Program-made: the position numbers and the translations under genes
The notes under the pieces: model-generated
The model's input: only the letters and a program-made list of their open reading frames with translations
Database searches by the model: none
What the model was told of the DNA's origin: nothing
NCBI GenBank assembly: GCA_022813865.1
Contig: JALDZX010000032.1
Location: 186,001-250,000 of the forward strand
Direction of reading: 5' to 3'
Source: Xylographa opegraphella
Taxonomy: Eukaryota
Length of the DNA: 64,000 bases
Shown: positions 12,566 through 26,291 of the stretch, one piece after another
Position numbering within the stretch: position 1 is the first letter of the stretch
Layout: every line of letters begins with the position of its first letter

Positions 12566-13178
12566 GGTGGATGTGAAGCGTGTCGTGGCTGTGCTCTTGT
12601 ACAACAGACCGTTCCGTAGGTTCAGAGTAGGAGTGATCAGAAGGAAGAGTAAGGTGGTGAGCGATGTTTTGGAGACTGCGTCCCCCGGTCGCGACTGCTC
12701 CTTGATGGGGACGCGCAGTCAGATATAGTCTAGGAAATGCGCCGTGTGCGGTTCTTGCACATCATCTTCGTGCACACATCTGCGTCGCGCGAGATCAGCT
12801 TTCTCCTCACCCCGACTCCCCAAGTGGAGACTTGCGACGAGACAAGGACCTGCATTGAATGGGCCGAGAAGCATGATACATGATAGGTCCCAAACCCTAA
12901 GTGACGCACTCGATCCCTGTCGATCGGCTGCTAGCTCCGGTCGAGGGTGAAAACACACGCAAGACTCCCGACTTCGACGAAGGGTTTGCTGATTTGGTTT
13001 GCATACAATACATTGGCACAGCATCAAGAAGCCATACAAAAATACCCAAAGCTCTCGATTTGCATATGGCCGATTCTATCTCTACATGCCTCTACATCAT
13101 GGATACACCGTCGCTATGCTATACACCCTTCGCTATGCAAACGACGATCCCAACTCTAACCGCAGGGGGCATGTACAC

Positions 13179-16100
13179 TCAATCGAGGAGGTTTGTATCA
13201 CCGAGGCTCCGCGACACGCTCGCAATCTTCGCCACGATCCTCGTGAAATATTGAATCAAGAAACTTTCCCTGCAAGTGGGTCAGCCAGAGTGCCATGGGT
13301 CGAGGAAGTGGGACGGCTTACGTATAGTAGCTGTGCGCGGAGCTGTGGTCGGCGACCAAATTGTGGGCGAGTTCGTGACACAGCACTACAAACCAATAGA
13401 CCATGGCATCGGCCTTGTTACCGTGCAGGACGTTCGGAAGGTGGAGATTCTCGAAATAACGGTAGTTGAAGAAGAGCGCTTGGTTGAGGTTGAACGCAAT
13501 CGTGCTGGAGCCGTCGTCCTGGAACAGATGAATGCTGCTTCTTGACAGTGCGAACGTATCCGCACAGTCGATGAGCACAGACGCGAAAGCGTCCAAAGCC
13601 GTCGAATTCTGCGCGATAAACCTGTCCTTGTTGACCATCGCGTTCGAGAGATATACCTTGGCTCCAGAGCTGGTCAGCGCGTAGAAGCTGATGTCCTGAG
13701 CGGGCTTCGCATCGCAAAATGTCTGCGTCTCGCTCACGCTGTTGATCTCCGGCCGGCTCGTCACAGTTTGCGAGTTGTGCGCTCGAGCAGATTTGATGGC
13801 GTTGACGAGGTTTTGTTGGAGCTCCTGAGGCGCAGTGGCGGGCTGCGGCGCCATGGTCGTGGTCATGGCGCGCTCCGGATCCGCGGAGGAGTATGGTGGA
13901 GGTGGTAGACCCCCTCCATCACCGACCAGAGGGGGGGGTCGCCCGTCATCCGTCCCGAGCGCTCGAGTGATTGCACTGAAGAAGCCACCCCGTCTCTTCT
14001 CTCGTGGCATATCGCTCTCGGTCTCGCGACTTTGTGAGCTCTGAGGTCGACGATCCGGCGAATCAGGAAATACACCAGGCATCATCGGATGGCTCGAGTC
14101 ACCATTACTGAGTTGCACTTGATGGTTACTTCGCGCAGCTTCTTGCTCGCTGATACTGCGCTGTTCTTCTTCGAGTTGCTGCTTCCGTTGGTCTTCCAAC
14201 ACCCGTTTTTCAGCTGCCTTCTTCTGCAGTATTCTCTCGACGTTGTAGCCTCGAGACCGGAGTTTGTACAGGTCGGTTTCCAAAAGCACGGTCAACGTGA
14301 TGACATGTTGTGGCTTGGGTCGTGTCAAGAGGAGATGCGAGAGAGCTTGACTGACGTCGTAAAGATCACGGGTCCCTGGAGTTACGAACAGCGTATATCC
14401 CAGGAATTGTCTATGCCCCAATTGCTGATCTTTGGCCTGAACGGCAGTTTTGGACTCGGTATGCGTCACATTCCGTGCCCTGAGCGATTTGCGAAGCGAC
14501 AGAGACCTGACCATAATAATCGACAAGTTCCGTTCCACCCACGCTGCGTTGTGACGGACGATATCTGTAGGTATATCGTGCATAAACAGTTTGATGCGTT
14601 CTCGTATAAGCGTTTCCAGCTTAGCCGCCTCGCTCCAATCCTCCATGGGTTGCCCAATCTGCAATTTCTGTTCAACCAAGTTTCCCAGTAACGTGGAACC
14701 AAGACCGAGATAGAGATTTTCGAGATCCTCTTCCATTGGCGCAGCTAAAAAGTTCCCCTTGAACAGGCCGTAGTTGACCACATCATCCACGATCACAATT
14801 TGATCGGCTGATGCAAGCTCGTAGGTCTTGACACCCACATCGTCCTCGTCAACGTAGGCATCCGGGGTATTGTTGAGTCTACTCTGTCGATATCCCGATG
14901 GGCTCTGAGCCGAAAATTCCTTGTAGCCGAGTAGAAACGGAACCTTCTTCATCTCTTTGACAAGTGCTTTATCCTTCTTCAGGTTTGGCCAAGACGCAGC
15001 CAATGTTCTTAGAAGTTCCAGGTATCTGTCGGGACTGTCAAGTACAGTAAATACTCTCGCAGGCTCTCGAACTACTAATTGGGCGAGCTCCTGTGTATTC
15101 GGCTCATGTTTCGAGCCACATCTGAGAAGAAAAGAGTTTGCCGTACTTCCAAAATCTACATAATCAAAAATCCCAGAATATTTATTATCATTACCCGCAC
15201 CCAAGAAACACAAACGAGGTGGCAGGAATCTGTTGGACTCTTTCGAAGATGGCGGCTTTGGTGTGGCAGGAACGAAACTTCCTTGTGTTAGGATTTCCAA
15301 CGAGCGACCGTTGATTTCGTTGAGCCGCGATGCGAAGTAGCTGAAAACTTCTATTGCTCGTCGATGATTTTCAGGAGGCACTTTGACCAAGCGCTCAACG
15401 CATTGAAGAATTGGCGGGTGAGACTCTACACCGAGGCGGACGGCATGCGGGTGCAGATCCCTCCGCAGAACACGGAATCCCATTACAGTAGCGCTTTCAT
15501 TTATGTAGCATTCCGTCGGCAACACAGAAACCTTGGGATCTTCCCCCTCCAGTGGTAAATAACGTATCTTGGTGTTTGCGGTCTCTTGCACTGAACATCC
15601 ATGCTGGAAATGATAGTTGACGAAATATTTGAGCGCACGATCTCGCAAACCAATGTCACCGTTGGCTGCCGCCGAGGAAATCAAAGGGATGAGCTCTGCG
15701 ACATCTGGGAATTTCTTCAGGCCTAGAAATGTCAGAAATTTCCCTTCCTCACTCCCCGAACGGAAGATGCCAGGCCACTGAAGGAGAGGTAGGCCCATTG
15801 CACGCAGAACGTCACTGGGCTCGAAGAGCTCAATTAGTCGATACCGCTTGTCGGTGGCTTTGCCGTTTGCTGCTTCCGCTGGACAGATCGCAGTGTCGCG
15901 TAATCTTTTCACATCGTCGTTCGGAATATCGTTGCGCACAGAAGCCAGGTATTTGATGAGATCAACATGGCTCCAAGCGGGCTTGACCAGGGAAGCATCT
16001 GCACTGTAATCTGGTGGAGCCATCAACTTTTCGAAAATGAGGCCAAGCTCAACGGTTCTTCGTACGCCAACAGCAATCAGGAATTTGTCTTTGACGGACT

Positions 16101-18595
16101 GTAAGCCCACAATAACGGGCAAGTCATCGAAGAGCTTGACAATCGGGAAGTAGGCTTCGCTGGGCTTCTTCATGCCCAGCTTGGTTGGAATCACTGTACG
16201 CGTATTCAGTAAATTGAGAACAGTGGCCTTCGATGATTGACTTAATCCATCCCACTGCTTCGAGAGTATGGGAAGAACGACGCTTGCAAAGGAAGCAGAA
16301 GTTGTCAAGTCTTGGTCCTTTGGAAGAGAACCTCGACCTCCAGACATGTCGACCAACCACCGAAGCCATGGCACAATCTGCAAATCCTCCCAGCCGAGGG
16401 CTTCCAGTTGCACTTTGTCAATATTCTTTGTGAACTTAAATGACAAGGTATCAGGAGGTACAGGCACAGTTCCAGGGATTCTTGAAGGATTGATGAAGTG
16501 CTTTATCTCCCCAAGCATAACCACGTTGCCTAGTTTATTGTCCCCATCGCCCTCGTTAACCACGGCTACATCGAGGAGTGATCGAACAATCATAGGGTCC
16601 ACTTCATTAATCCGTGCCTTGTGTCCCAACCAATGCAGAAACTCGATGAGTTGCTTTTCGTTCAAAGCTTGACGCTCAAGTTCCTTCTTGATATCCCCGG
16701 TCGTTATGTCCGTGATAATACCAAAATCCACCAATTTTTGGACGAAGCCGCTAGCATCCTTCATCAACTCTGGTGGCAGAACAGGTATGCCTTCAACAAA
16801 ACTCAACTCTTCTGTCGCGATTCGAACATCTTGACTCGGCATAACTCCGCAACTCGATAATATTTCGATCGTAGTGTTGTGATTACATGTCCAAAATGCT
16901 TCTTCAACCAACGTACCGACCTGTGAGGAAGGTGTAGATTCGCGGAATGTGAACTGGTTCAGCATATGAGTCGCTTCCGGAAGAACCCTTTCTATATGCT
17001 CTTGTTTCAACTTGGTCATTTGTGAGTCTGCTAGGCTCCTTGACAACCTCTCCTTCAAGTGAACAATCTCTCCTGACCACGCTATACGACACACGATACC
17101 GGCAGCTCGAAGCATCTCCATGTTCCACGTTCTTACCCAACGTGCATTTAGATCAATACTTTCGCGCTCGACTGTAGGTATAACAGACTGTGCAGATATA
17201 TGAGCACTAAGGCCCGTGGTTTGATGTGTCGGAAAGCCAATAAAGATACGTCCTGATTTTGTTGGGAGCACCGATGCGAATATATCTGTTGTCTTTGACG
17301 CTGCGCCAATTATTGAAGATGTGGAGGCCGATTTCTCGTCGTATGAAGTCGTGAGAACCGCAATTTTCGTGGACTTAGGGGGTGGCTTCTTGGTTGCTCT
17401 CTCCAACTCTTGGCTGAATGTAGTATTAATCTTCGCTCGAATAGTAGCCGTACTGACATGTAAAAAAACCGTGGCTTTGCATTCTCCCATAAAGTCTTCA
17501 GAGATAGCCACTTGGGTTTCTTTGTCTTCCTGTGCCGCTCGTTCCGCGACAGTAGTATTGGTGTTCTGGGCAAACCTGCTGAAAAAGGACTTGAGGGACT
17601 GTGTTGAGGTAGCACCTTTTCCGGTAGATGACGTGCTTCCGCCAGTTGAGATAATGGGAGAAGCCTTAGGTTTCCAGGCTACAATATTCAGCCACTTCGC
17701 TTCGAGCTGAACCGTCTCACGTATGACCGATTCGATACGGAAAAGACCCTCGTGGGTTTTGGTTTCCAAGGTCTTTGGAATTTTGACCTCCACACCAGGT
17801 GCAATGAGCTTCGTAAGGCTCAAGAGTCGACAGTCATCCAACCAGAGTTCAACTTGGGCAAGACCAACAAAGGTGATACTGCTGGCTAGGAAGTGACAGA
17901 GTGGTAACAGTTTTGGTATTGGAGAAGTGCTGTTTCTGTAATCAAGCACAAAATTTGTGTCTGGACTTGACTGGGCTTCAGAGAGCTGTAGCCGTCGTGT
18001 AAAGAGTGAGTTACCTTTCCAGTAAAAGGCCATAGCCTCATTTCCTGATCTAACAAAGGGTTCTTCGCAATCTGCAAAGACACTGTAAAACCCGACACCG
18101 AATGCTCCGATCTTTGTTTCGTCGGGATTTCCTTCAGCGATGCGCTTGAGGCGTGACCAATCATTTGACCCAAACGCTTTACCATCGTTGGAGACTATTA
18201 GCCGTTTGAGGCTATGATGAAGGAGAGTATGCTTCAGGACAGTGGAGGGGTCGGAACTTTGGGGAACAGGCACACTCGAAGATGGTAGGGTTTCAAATCG
18301 AATCGTGACCTTTGACGCAGAAGCATCCGCAGCATTCTAATAGGTCAGAGTCGTTCTCATCCTGGCGGAGGTGGCACTATCTTGTGAATCTCTTACCTGC
18401 AGCAGTTCACGCAAAACAGTCCTAGGTCATGTCAGCACAACCAAGTTCACGGTGTCGAGACCCTAACCATTCTCCTGAGTATCTTGCCAGAACTTTATCG
18501 ATGAGCGCCCTGGTGTTCACAGTCACAGCCTCTTCCTCTAAGTTCGAACCCATGGCTTGCGCGCGCAGCGCGCTGAAGTCTGGTGTGGTGGCCAT
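13179..18595 (-). CDS. Large sacsin/Nov-like GHKL ATPase protein (DUF3684 type) with a C-terminal HExxH motif, 4 exons, ~1750 aa
   Basis: EEAVTVNTRALIDKVLARYSGEW|TVLRELLQ|NAADA (GHKL motif I), SNDG, KIGAFGVGFYSVF; C-terminal IAFN...LFFNYRYF...WFVVLCHELAHNLV..HSSAHSYYT|ESF. Confidence 0.88.
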
Positions 18596-19296
18596 GGCTG
18601 AGAGCTCCTATGACAAGCGTTTCAAGGGTGCTTTGGGGGGGGGCAAAAGATTCCGTGTGTTGCGTGTATCGAGTAGCTGGATAATCGGTAACCCAAACCC
18701 TAGGCTTCGGTCAGAGAAGTGATAGCAAGAGCACAGAGGATAAAGTCAAATACAATTTACAGATGTAGCCCTTGGAGTACCTCCATTTATTCGAGACAAC
18801 GCCGGAGAGAAACAAAAACCCGAGAGCGTTATGAACTAAATGTACAAAAGATGGTCAACGAAACATGAAGAAGTGAAGGAAATACAAGCATCCGACGTGT
18901 GGAAGCCTCGGGCAACTCGGCGTTTTCAAACGTCGCGGACAAAAGTCGCCTTCCCGTCGGCTGCCGGGTTCTTCCGCAGCCATGATCCGGATCCCAGCCT
19001 AGTTCGGCTTAACTCATTGATCCCTACTAGTCCGCCAAGCTTTGAAGCTCAAAAGTTGTGCCATCAATCATCAATTATTATCAGGACGGCGCTGGACTTG
19101 GACTGGTGTTTCGTTCTGATTTTGAACTGAACACAGGCGCAAGGCACATATCTGGCGGGCAAACCCTTAAGTGTTTTGTAAACACAGCGCAATAGCTCTA
19201 CCTCGATGGACCCTCAGCAGTTGGAGCTTGGACAAAATGCCCGCCGGATCATATGTGTGAAGAGTTGAGAAATCCTCAAAGTGCCCCAATGTCACT

Positions 19297-22200
19297 ATGG
19301 GTGTCGACGCTCTATCACCGGTCGCGCCGGCGCGGATACGGTGTCTCTTGGTCCCATCTGGGACGATCACGCGATCGAGATTCCTGACCTTCGTGGAGCG
19401 ACTTCAACAAGAGGCTACAGTGCGTTTGGGAGATGTCAGTCCCACCACGAAGTCTCCACGGAGTACGCTATCCCTATGCTTGCTGAAGTACCGATGAGCC
19501 ATACTGACAATAGCTACACATAGACATGTTTTCTCCGCTTGCGTTTCCGACTGGCTTGGCTATATACGACATGACCATTGTGAACCCCTCGTCTTCGCAT
19601 CTGGCTTTGGCACCATTTGAGCTTTACAGAGAGCCATTGGTGGTAATAGGAATTGCAGATGGTCCCAATATTCTACATCGGGAAGATACAGCTGCACCAG
19701 CTCCTGTCAGTGTAAACGGTAATGGGACAATGCAAGGCCGTGCTGGCAATTCTATTGAAACAATCCGGCGGCTGAGGGATCATTATCCTCGGGCCCTCGT
19801 ACATCAGCTCTTCATCTTTGATTGTGACGTTCGAATATCAAGTCCGCCTCTCGATGTGATTTTTGTGCCTTCCCTGGAGCATTCGAAGACTACCACCATG
19901 AAAACAGTCATGTGTGACTTGACAGCTCTCTTGCTAGTGGAGATGGCGTCTTACGCAAAGTCTTTACAAGCTCTACCAACCATTGACACTCCGAAGTCTC
20001 TCCATGATCAGCGATCCTCAGGTGACTACATTTATAATTCAAATTTACAACTTGATAAAATTCCTCGTCCAGATTCTCGAATATCCCCTACGCCAACATC
20101 TCGCTCATCGTCTCCTGCTCCAGATGCTCGATACTCATTAACTTCGCAAAACATTAGTGCTGCTAGTGTTGATGGAGATGGGAGGAGCACTTCGCGACCA
20201 CCATCAAATGGATATAAGACCCCCCCCGTCGCATTCGATCATGACAACGGTGTACCAGAAGCGCAGCAAACGACGTTAGATAAGGAGAGGAGGCGTCTCA
20301 GTCGAGACAGAGTCGCCATTCAGGGATTTGGATCTGGAAGTGTTGGAGAGCGAGCTCGGAACAAAGCTAATGGTCGGAAAGGGGTTGTACTAGGGTCTTT
20401 GTACCTTCTTGCAGGCCGATGGCCCGATGCTTTAAAAGAACTCGTCGAGAGCGCAACTGTTGCAAGGAGTCTTAGCGATCACGTTTGGCATGCAAAAGCT
20501 CTGGACTACATCCTAGTTTGTTTGCTGGTCTGTGCCTGGGCAGGTATGGATTTTGAGGTACGTTGAGCTCAGATGAATGCAGTCGCCTGATCAATGCAGT
20601 CGAGTTAATAAACTAATATTCGACAGATTCCACAAATATGTTATCCCCTGGGCGACAAAACAAGTCCTGGTCTTAGCAAGACGGGCAAGCACAACTCTCT
20701 GAGTAGCATACCTGATCTCAATCCACTCAAGAGTCCCAACGCCGCCAATCGTCATGTATCGCTTCAAAACCTATGCAACTTGTTACCAGATCTGGTAAAC
20801 AATATCTTACATCTATACGTCCGTGCTGCAAACTTTACTGCAGACGTACTACCGCAAATATCATACTCTGAATCCGCCATCCGCTTCGCTAAGTTGTTAA
20901 CAATTATAGAAAATGCAAATGGCTCCCTCAATGACCAAGGTCTTCAGCTTGTCGTACTCAACGTCGACACTAATTCGAACTCGTCTACAATCCCGTCACA
21001 TCTTGCATCCTTCCCGACCAAAGCCGAAATCGCAGCGGTTTTGTTGAAGGCTCTCCCGAATTCAGCTATGGAAACCTCGTTGAGTGCCAACGACCGTGTC
21101 AACATATTAGCCGGGATCGCTTCAGTTCTTGCCAAACTAGGTTATCATCGCAAGAAAGCCTTCATAATGAGGGAGCTTGTGATTGTGCTTCTTCCTGCTC
21201 TCATTCAGAGTCGCAAAGATAGTGCAGCAGAGCTTGGGGTACACCCTGCTGCAAGCTTATCATCGTACGACCTAACAGGAATTGGCAATGGACTCGAGGA
21301 AGCATTTGGATCATTGCATGGCTTCGCGTTCGGGATACAGAGCTTTCTAAGTTTGATGTGTAAGGTATACGGGGCGGTCCTTTCAGTACAAGCTGAAATG
21401 CTGATGGGCACGAATGCTTTGACGAATTCCGATCATAGAGACCAGATTGACACCAGTAGCATGAAAGTCGATTATCTGCAGGCAGTTGTTGATTGCATTG
21501 TAGAAGATGCAAGAACTCGTGCTTTCGGGGATTCGAGTCTTAAGGTGGATGTTTTACGATTATGTATCAACGTCTGCGAGGCGCTTCCTGATCTACCTGG
21601 TGTGCTTCGCTTTTCCGGTGATATTTTGAAGACGGCGGCAAGTGGAATTGCAGCCGGGCCAGAAAGTCGAGACGGATTGCCCGCATTGCCAATGGAGGAC
21701 CAAGCTCGCCTACTGGGCAACATCTCAAGGACGGTAAGCGCGGCACGAAAACTCGACATCAGCAATGCTGACGCGGAGTACTGGGACGATTTCCTCGTTC
21801 GAGATATTGAGACCACTAAAGCTTCATCTCTAAAGTCTCCCAGGCCTCGGAAAATAAGGCAACTAGATATTGGTTCAACCCCTGGTCCCGAAGCAAAGCA
21901 GAATCCGTTCATTTACAATCCCTTTGGGAACAAGTCAGATTCTGCGGCAATCGAGCCCTTGCTTGTGGTTGGAGAAGAGGCAACCTTCTCCGTTGTCTGT
22001 CAGAACCTTTTTGACTTCGATCTGGAAATCGAGTGGATGAGGCTGGATACTATCGAGGGTTCCATAGACACTCTAGCAAAGAATCGTATGATTGGACCGT
22101 ACAGAACTCAATCAATTCAACTTTTAGGAACTCCTAAAACTTCCGGAGTACTTAAAATTGCAGGTTGTCTAGTTAAAGTGAAAGGTTGTCGTGAGAGGCG

Positions 22201-23989
22201 ATTCCCGATATTCAGGAGTCCTTGGAAAAGTACTCGCGAAACAAAGCTCAAAAGTCTAGGTCTCTCTCCGACAGTCATGATTTCTGAACGCCCTAGTTCT
22301 TCTGTATCTGAAAGCATGCGTTCCCGCCGAGAAATCACTAACATAGGACCGGTTCCAACGACACTGAATATCGAAGTTGTTGGGCCACAACCCAACGTGA
22401 TGGTTAAGAAAACTTCTCTGTTGCAATCGGCTATTATGCTCCTGGATGGGGAAACCAAAAGGTTCACGATGACATTACGGAACACCTCTAACATGACACC
22501 CACGAATATACTCTCATTGTCCTTCTCAGACTCAGCATCCAGCATTTTGCAATCAGCACTCACAAACAAAGACCTCTCTCCTCCAGAATTATACGAGATT
22601 GAATTGGCATCCTTTAAGAGAGAGACGATCAAGTGGTGTCACGAGGATCACGGAATAGAAACGCATATAGCGCCCAACGAAGACACCCAACTTGAAATAG
22701 AGGTAGTGGGAAAACCGGGGCTCACGTACGGATCGGTTCATATTGACTATGGGTATCTGGGTGTCGACAGGACAGAAGTCAAAGACGAAGTTTTCACTCG
22801 GCAGATCTCATTTCCATTTACCATTACTGTCAACTCTAGCATAGACCTTGTTCGCAACGATTTCCTTCCGTTCACTGGGGATTTTGCATGGTTAAATCAA
22901 AAGAAAAGGCTCAGATCAAACGAGAGCGCTCCCACCACGCCTCCTGACAGACGCTCCCGGGCTGCCTCTCGACTGACCTCGAGACCGGAGTATCGTTTCC
23001 AATCGCTACTCGAACGTCTTGGTCTTGGAACCCAAGGTTCAGATCACTTCCTGCTTCTCTTGGACTTCCACAACTCTTGGCCCAAGCCCTTGTCTATTTC
23101 GGTCCAGGTTCGCGAGAAGACTACGCCACAAGAGCCTAGTCTCTTTGACCTCTGGAAGCGCGCATATACCGCTCACGAAGTGCTGCAACCCGGTCAAACA
23201 TCACGATTGGTTCTACTTCTACCCCGTATTTTCCTCCCAAATCCCTACGCTCCCATACCGTCTCTTAATTCTACCATAAAGAGACAATTCATCCACTCTT
23301 CCAGTACTGCTCTCGACAACGAGACCGAACGCACGGCTCGTGAAGCCTTTTGGCTCCGTGAAGAGATCCTGAAGCTCATGCGAGCCTCCTGGACAGAGGA
23401 TGCTACTCGACGCACCGGAAAGATTGAGTTGCGAAACCTTCGTCTTACTACCCGTATGGTTGATGCCATCAAGCTGGAAGAGGTGGGAATTGACATGGCT
23501 ATCACATCGGAGTCTACTCCGGAGGCCGACCCTGAGAACACTAGTTCCGTTACACAGCTTGCACGCTCTGTCTTTCGTGTCCCAGTGGATGCCTTCTTCA
23601 CCCTCCGTGCAACAATCACAAACCGTCTCCAAACTCCGATCTACCCTCTCCTCCGCCTTCAACCTTCGCTTAGAAATCAACCACACAACGTTGCCCTTGA
23701 TCTAGGGAGGAAGTTTGCTTTCAATGGGGTAATGCAGCAAGCATTGCCATTGTTACGGCCTGGACAAAGCACAGAGGTGCAGCTAGGCGTGGTGTTTCTT
23801 GTCAGCGGGGAATTTGAGATTCGGGCCTCGGTAGAGGAGGTCAGGATATGGAAGGACCACGCTACCAAGTCAGAGAACGGTGGTGGTGACCCTTCGGATT
23901 TGGGGATGGCGCGGCTGTTGGAAAGAACGGAGCGGAGAGCTTGGCAGTCGCGAGAGCCCTGCGTCGTGCATGCGGTAGGCGATGCTTGA
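19297..23989 (+). CDS. TRS120: TRAPPII complex subunit Trs120 (TRAPPC9), 3 exons
   Basis: DALSPVAPARIRCLLVPSG...VRLGDVSP|MFSPLAFPTG...PFELYREPLVVIGIADG...GRKGVVLGSLYLLAGRWPDAL...DHVWHAKAL...EYWDDFLVR...NPFIYNPF. Confidence 0.95.
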
Positions 23990-25454
23990 ATGTGTACATA
24001 CAAGAATCTAATTCGTAGAGCAAGTATTGAGGTTGTGTGCTCATACCATGTTGCGAAATTTGCGAAGACGGGAAATGCTCACCTTGTGGATAGAGACATT
24101 GATGGGAATGGCATCATGTCAAACCCACTCGCGCATTTCAATATTATACCATATTCCTCCCGATTGATGCCGAATCACTGTGTTATCTTGCCTTCGTAGT
24201 ATTGGTATATCGAGTTCTTAGGGTATTATCCACGATTCGAATCGGGGGCTTCCGCATCAGTAGAATACCCTGGTCTATCTTAAAGCAACAGTCATGTTTG
24301 GACAAGGTCGACAGGCTAAGGACCCAATACGCTCTTTTTTTGCACTGCATACTGTAAACAGCGAGTACCGGTCCGAGTAGTCTTCCGAAACTCAGATCTG
24401 AAGGCTTACAGCATTACTCCGGCCAGTGAACTATTCGTTTCTCGTCACTGTCTCGTACCTGGAGTGATGAGTTGTATTATGGGCATGGCATATACGTCGC
24501 CGCCCGGAAGTTGATTTGCACATTCTCGTTAGAGAGGAATTAAGGGATACGGTGTGGTTTGTATACGATGTTAATACATGCGAGTCCGGTTTGTTGTGTT
24601 GAGCTGGAATATATTTTGTTGCGTCCACATTTTGTCCTCAGGGTGTGAGACATAATGATAGAGGCCAACTCGCATCTGGGGTTTCAATGTTATTCGCGCA
24701 GGCAGAAGTGTCAGGTTTGGTTTTCAGGGTCATACAATCTGAGAGAGATTTTGGACATTCCGTACAAACAGGGTTATTTTACTACTTGGGGCCAGGTTCG
24801 ATGCTCGGCGTGTAGACGGCACGCAAAAACTAAGAATGACTGCTTCCGGGCACAAGCAACCCTTATACTATCCTTGATACATGAAGAGACGCCCCAGTAG
24901 CCCACTTTAAGAGGCCTGCGATCTCTTCCACGTGTATCCCGCTGTCGGGTATCGTCCTTATACTCAGGACTTAGTTTACAAACGACAAAGGTTGATGGTG
25001 CATAGTGGATCAGGATGAGTAAAGTATGCGAGGCCAAGAAAGACGTTGGCATGTCTGGCAAAGCTCGTTTCATCTCATAGTAAGCGTATGCAATCGCTTC
25101 TTCAGTATCGCACAAATTCCATCTCGCAGGTCCTCTGACTGACGTTCAAGTACCATCCACCATATATCTTGCCGCTCTCCGGTAATTTCTCTAAGTCTTG
25201 CCTTCCATTCTGTCCACTCCCATTGAAGCTATGATGCGAGATCCGGCTTCCTCCTGTACAGCCTGTTCTCCAAGCGCCGTGTGCAGAGATAGCTCAAAAA
25301 TAGAGAGTGTACCAAGCGAATGATCAATTCTTGCGAAGAAGAGACGTGCCCGACTCGTTTCCTTTAGACGATTGCGTTTCATGCATAAGATCTCAACATA
25401 GGCAGTCCGGTGCCATTAACGATTACTACATCGAAGCAAGAATGAAGCATAATT

Positions 25455-25990
25455 TCATAAGCATCGAGTCACGATATCAATGATATCGAAAAAGCGCTCT
25501 CGACTAATATCATGCCTCGCAAGTCCGAGTCCGATCACAACAGGCCTCTGCTCTTCGGGATTCTTTAACGCGATATTGCTTGCGATTTGCACAGCGTAAA
25601 GGTGACCCATGGCCTCACGATGTGGGGTAGAGCTCCCAAGAAGCGTAGAGGCCGTTAGATGAGGCATTGGTAGAAGACTCTCGTCGGCGGATCCCGATGG
25701 AAGGAAATGGTCCGCCCGACCGGGATTACTGGAGCCGAGAGGAACCTGAAGCTACAACCAACGTGAGCGGTTAATATAACTCGTATCGTTGAAAAAATGC
25801 ATACCCATTGAGCTAGCCCTATGCTTTGAGTGATAGTTACCATGATCTTGTCTGTAAAGTACATGGTCGTTACGTCGGTGACTTGGCCATCGACTAGTCC
25901 TGCAATTTGCTTGCTTGTTACAGGATACTCGGTCAATATTTGCGGGCCTGCGTCTTGAGATGAGAGCTCGGTTGGCATAGGAATTGGCAT
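25455..25990 (-). CDS. Proteasome assembly chaperone 3 (PAC3/PSMG3), 2 exons
   Basis: PVTSKQIAGLVDGQVTDV...FTDKIMVTITQ..LAQW|LQVPL...LLPMPHLTASTLLG...GHLYAVQIAS...NPEEQRPVVIGLGL. Confidence 0.85.
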
Positions 25991-26291
25991 GTCTTTGCAA
26001 GAAGTGCATCCACGGAGGATGTTTCACGAGATGAATGTTACTTCCAGGGTAAGTTGTTGTTGCCAAAAGTAGACGCGTACGCGCTTGGTAGCGGCAAACT
26101 CGGCAGATTAGGGCAGGACTAGTAGGTCTCTACCGCCCGGGGCCGAAATTTGATATCAACCTGACTGAAGTAGTTTACCAGATTCTGGGAAAGACAGGAC
26201 CCGCAATATCCAATAAGTGTTAACACTAAGGATGATACATTTGGAGTAATAATATTTGGTGGGAGTAATTCCAACCGCAAATCGAACGAAA

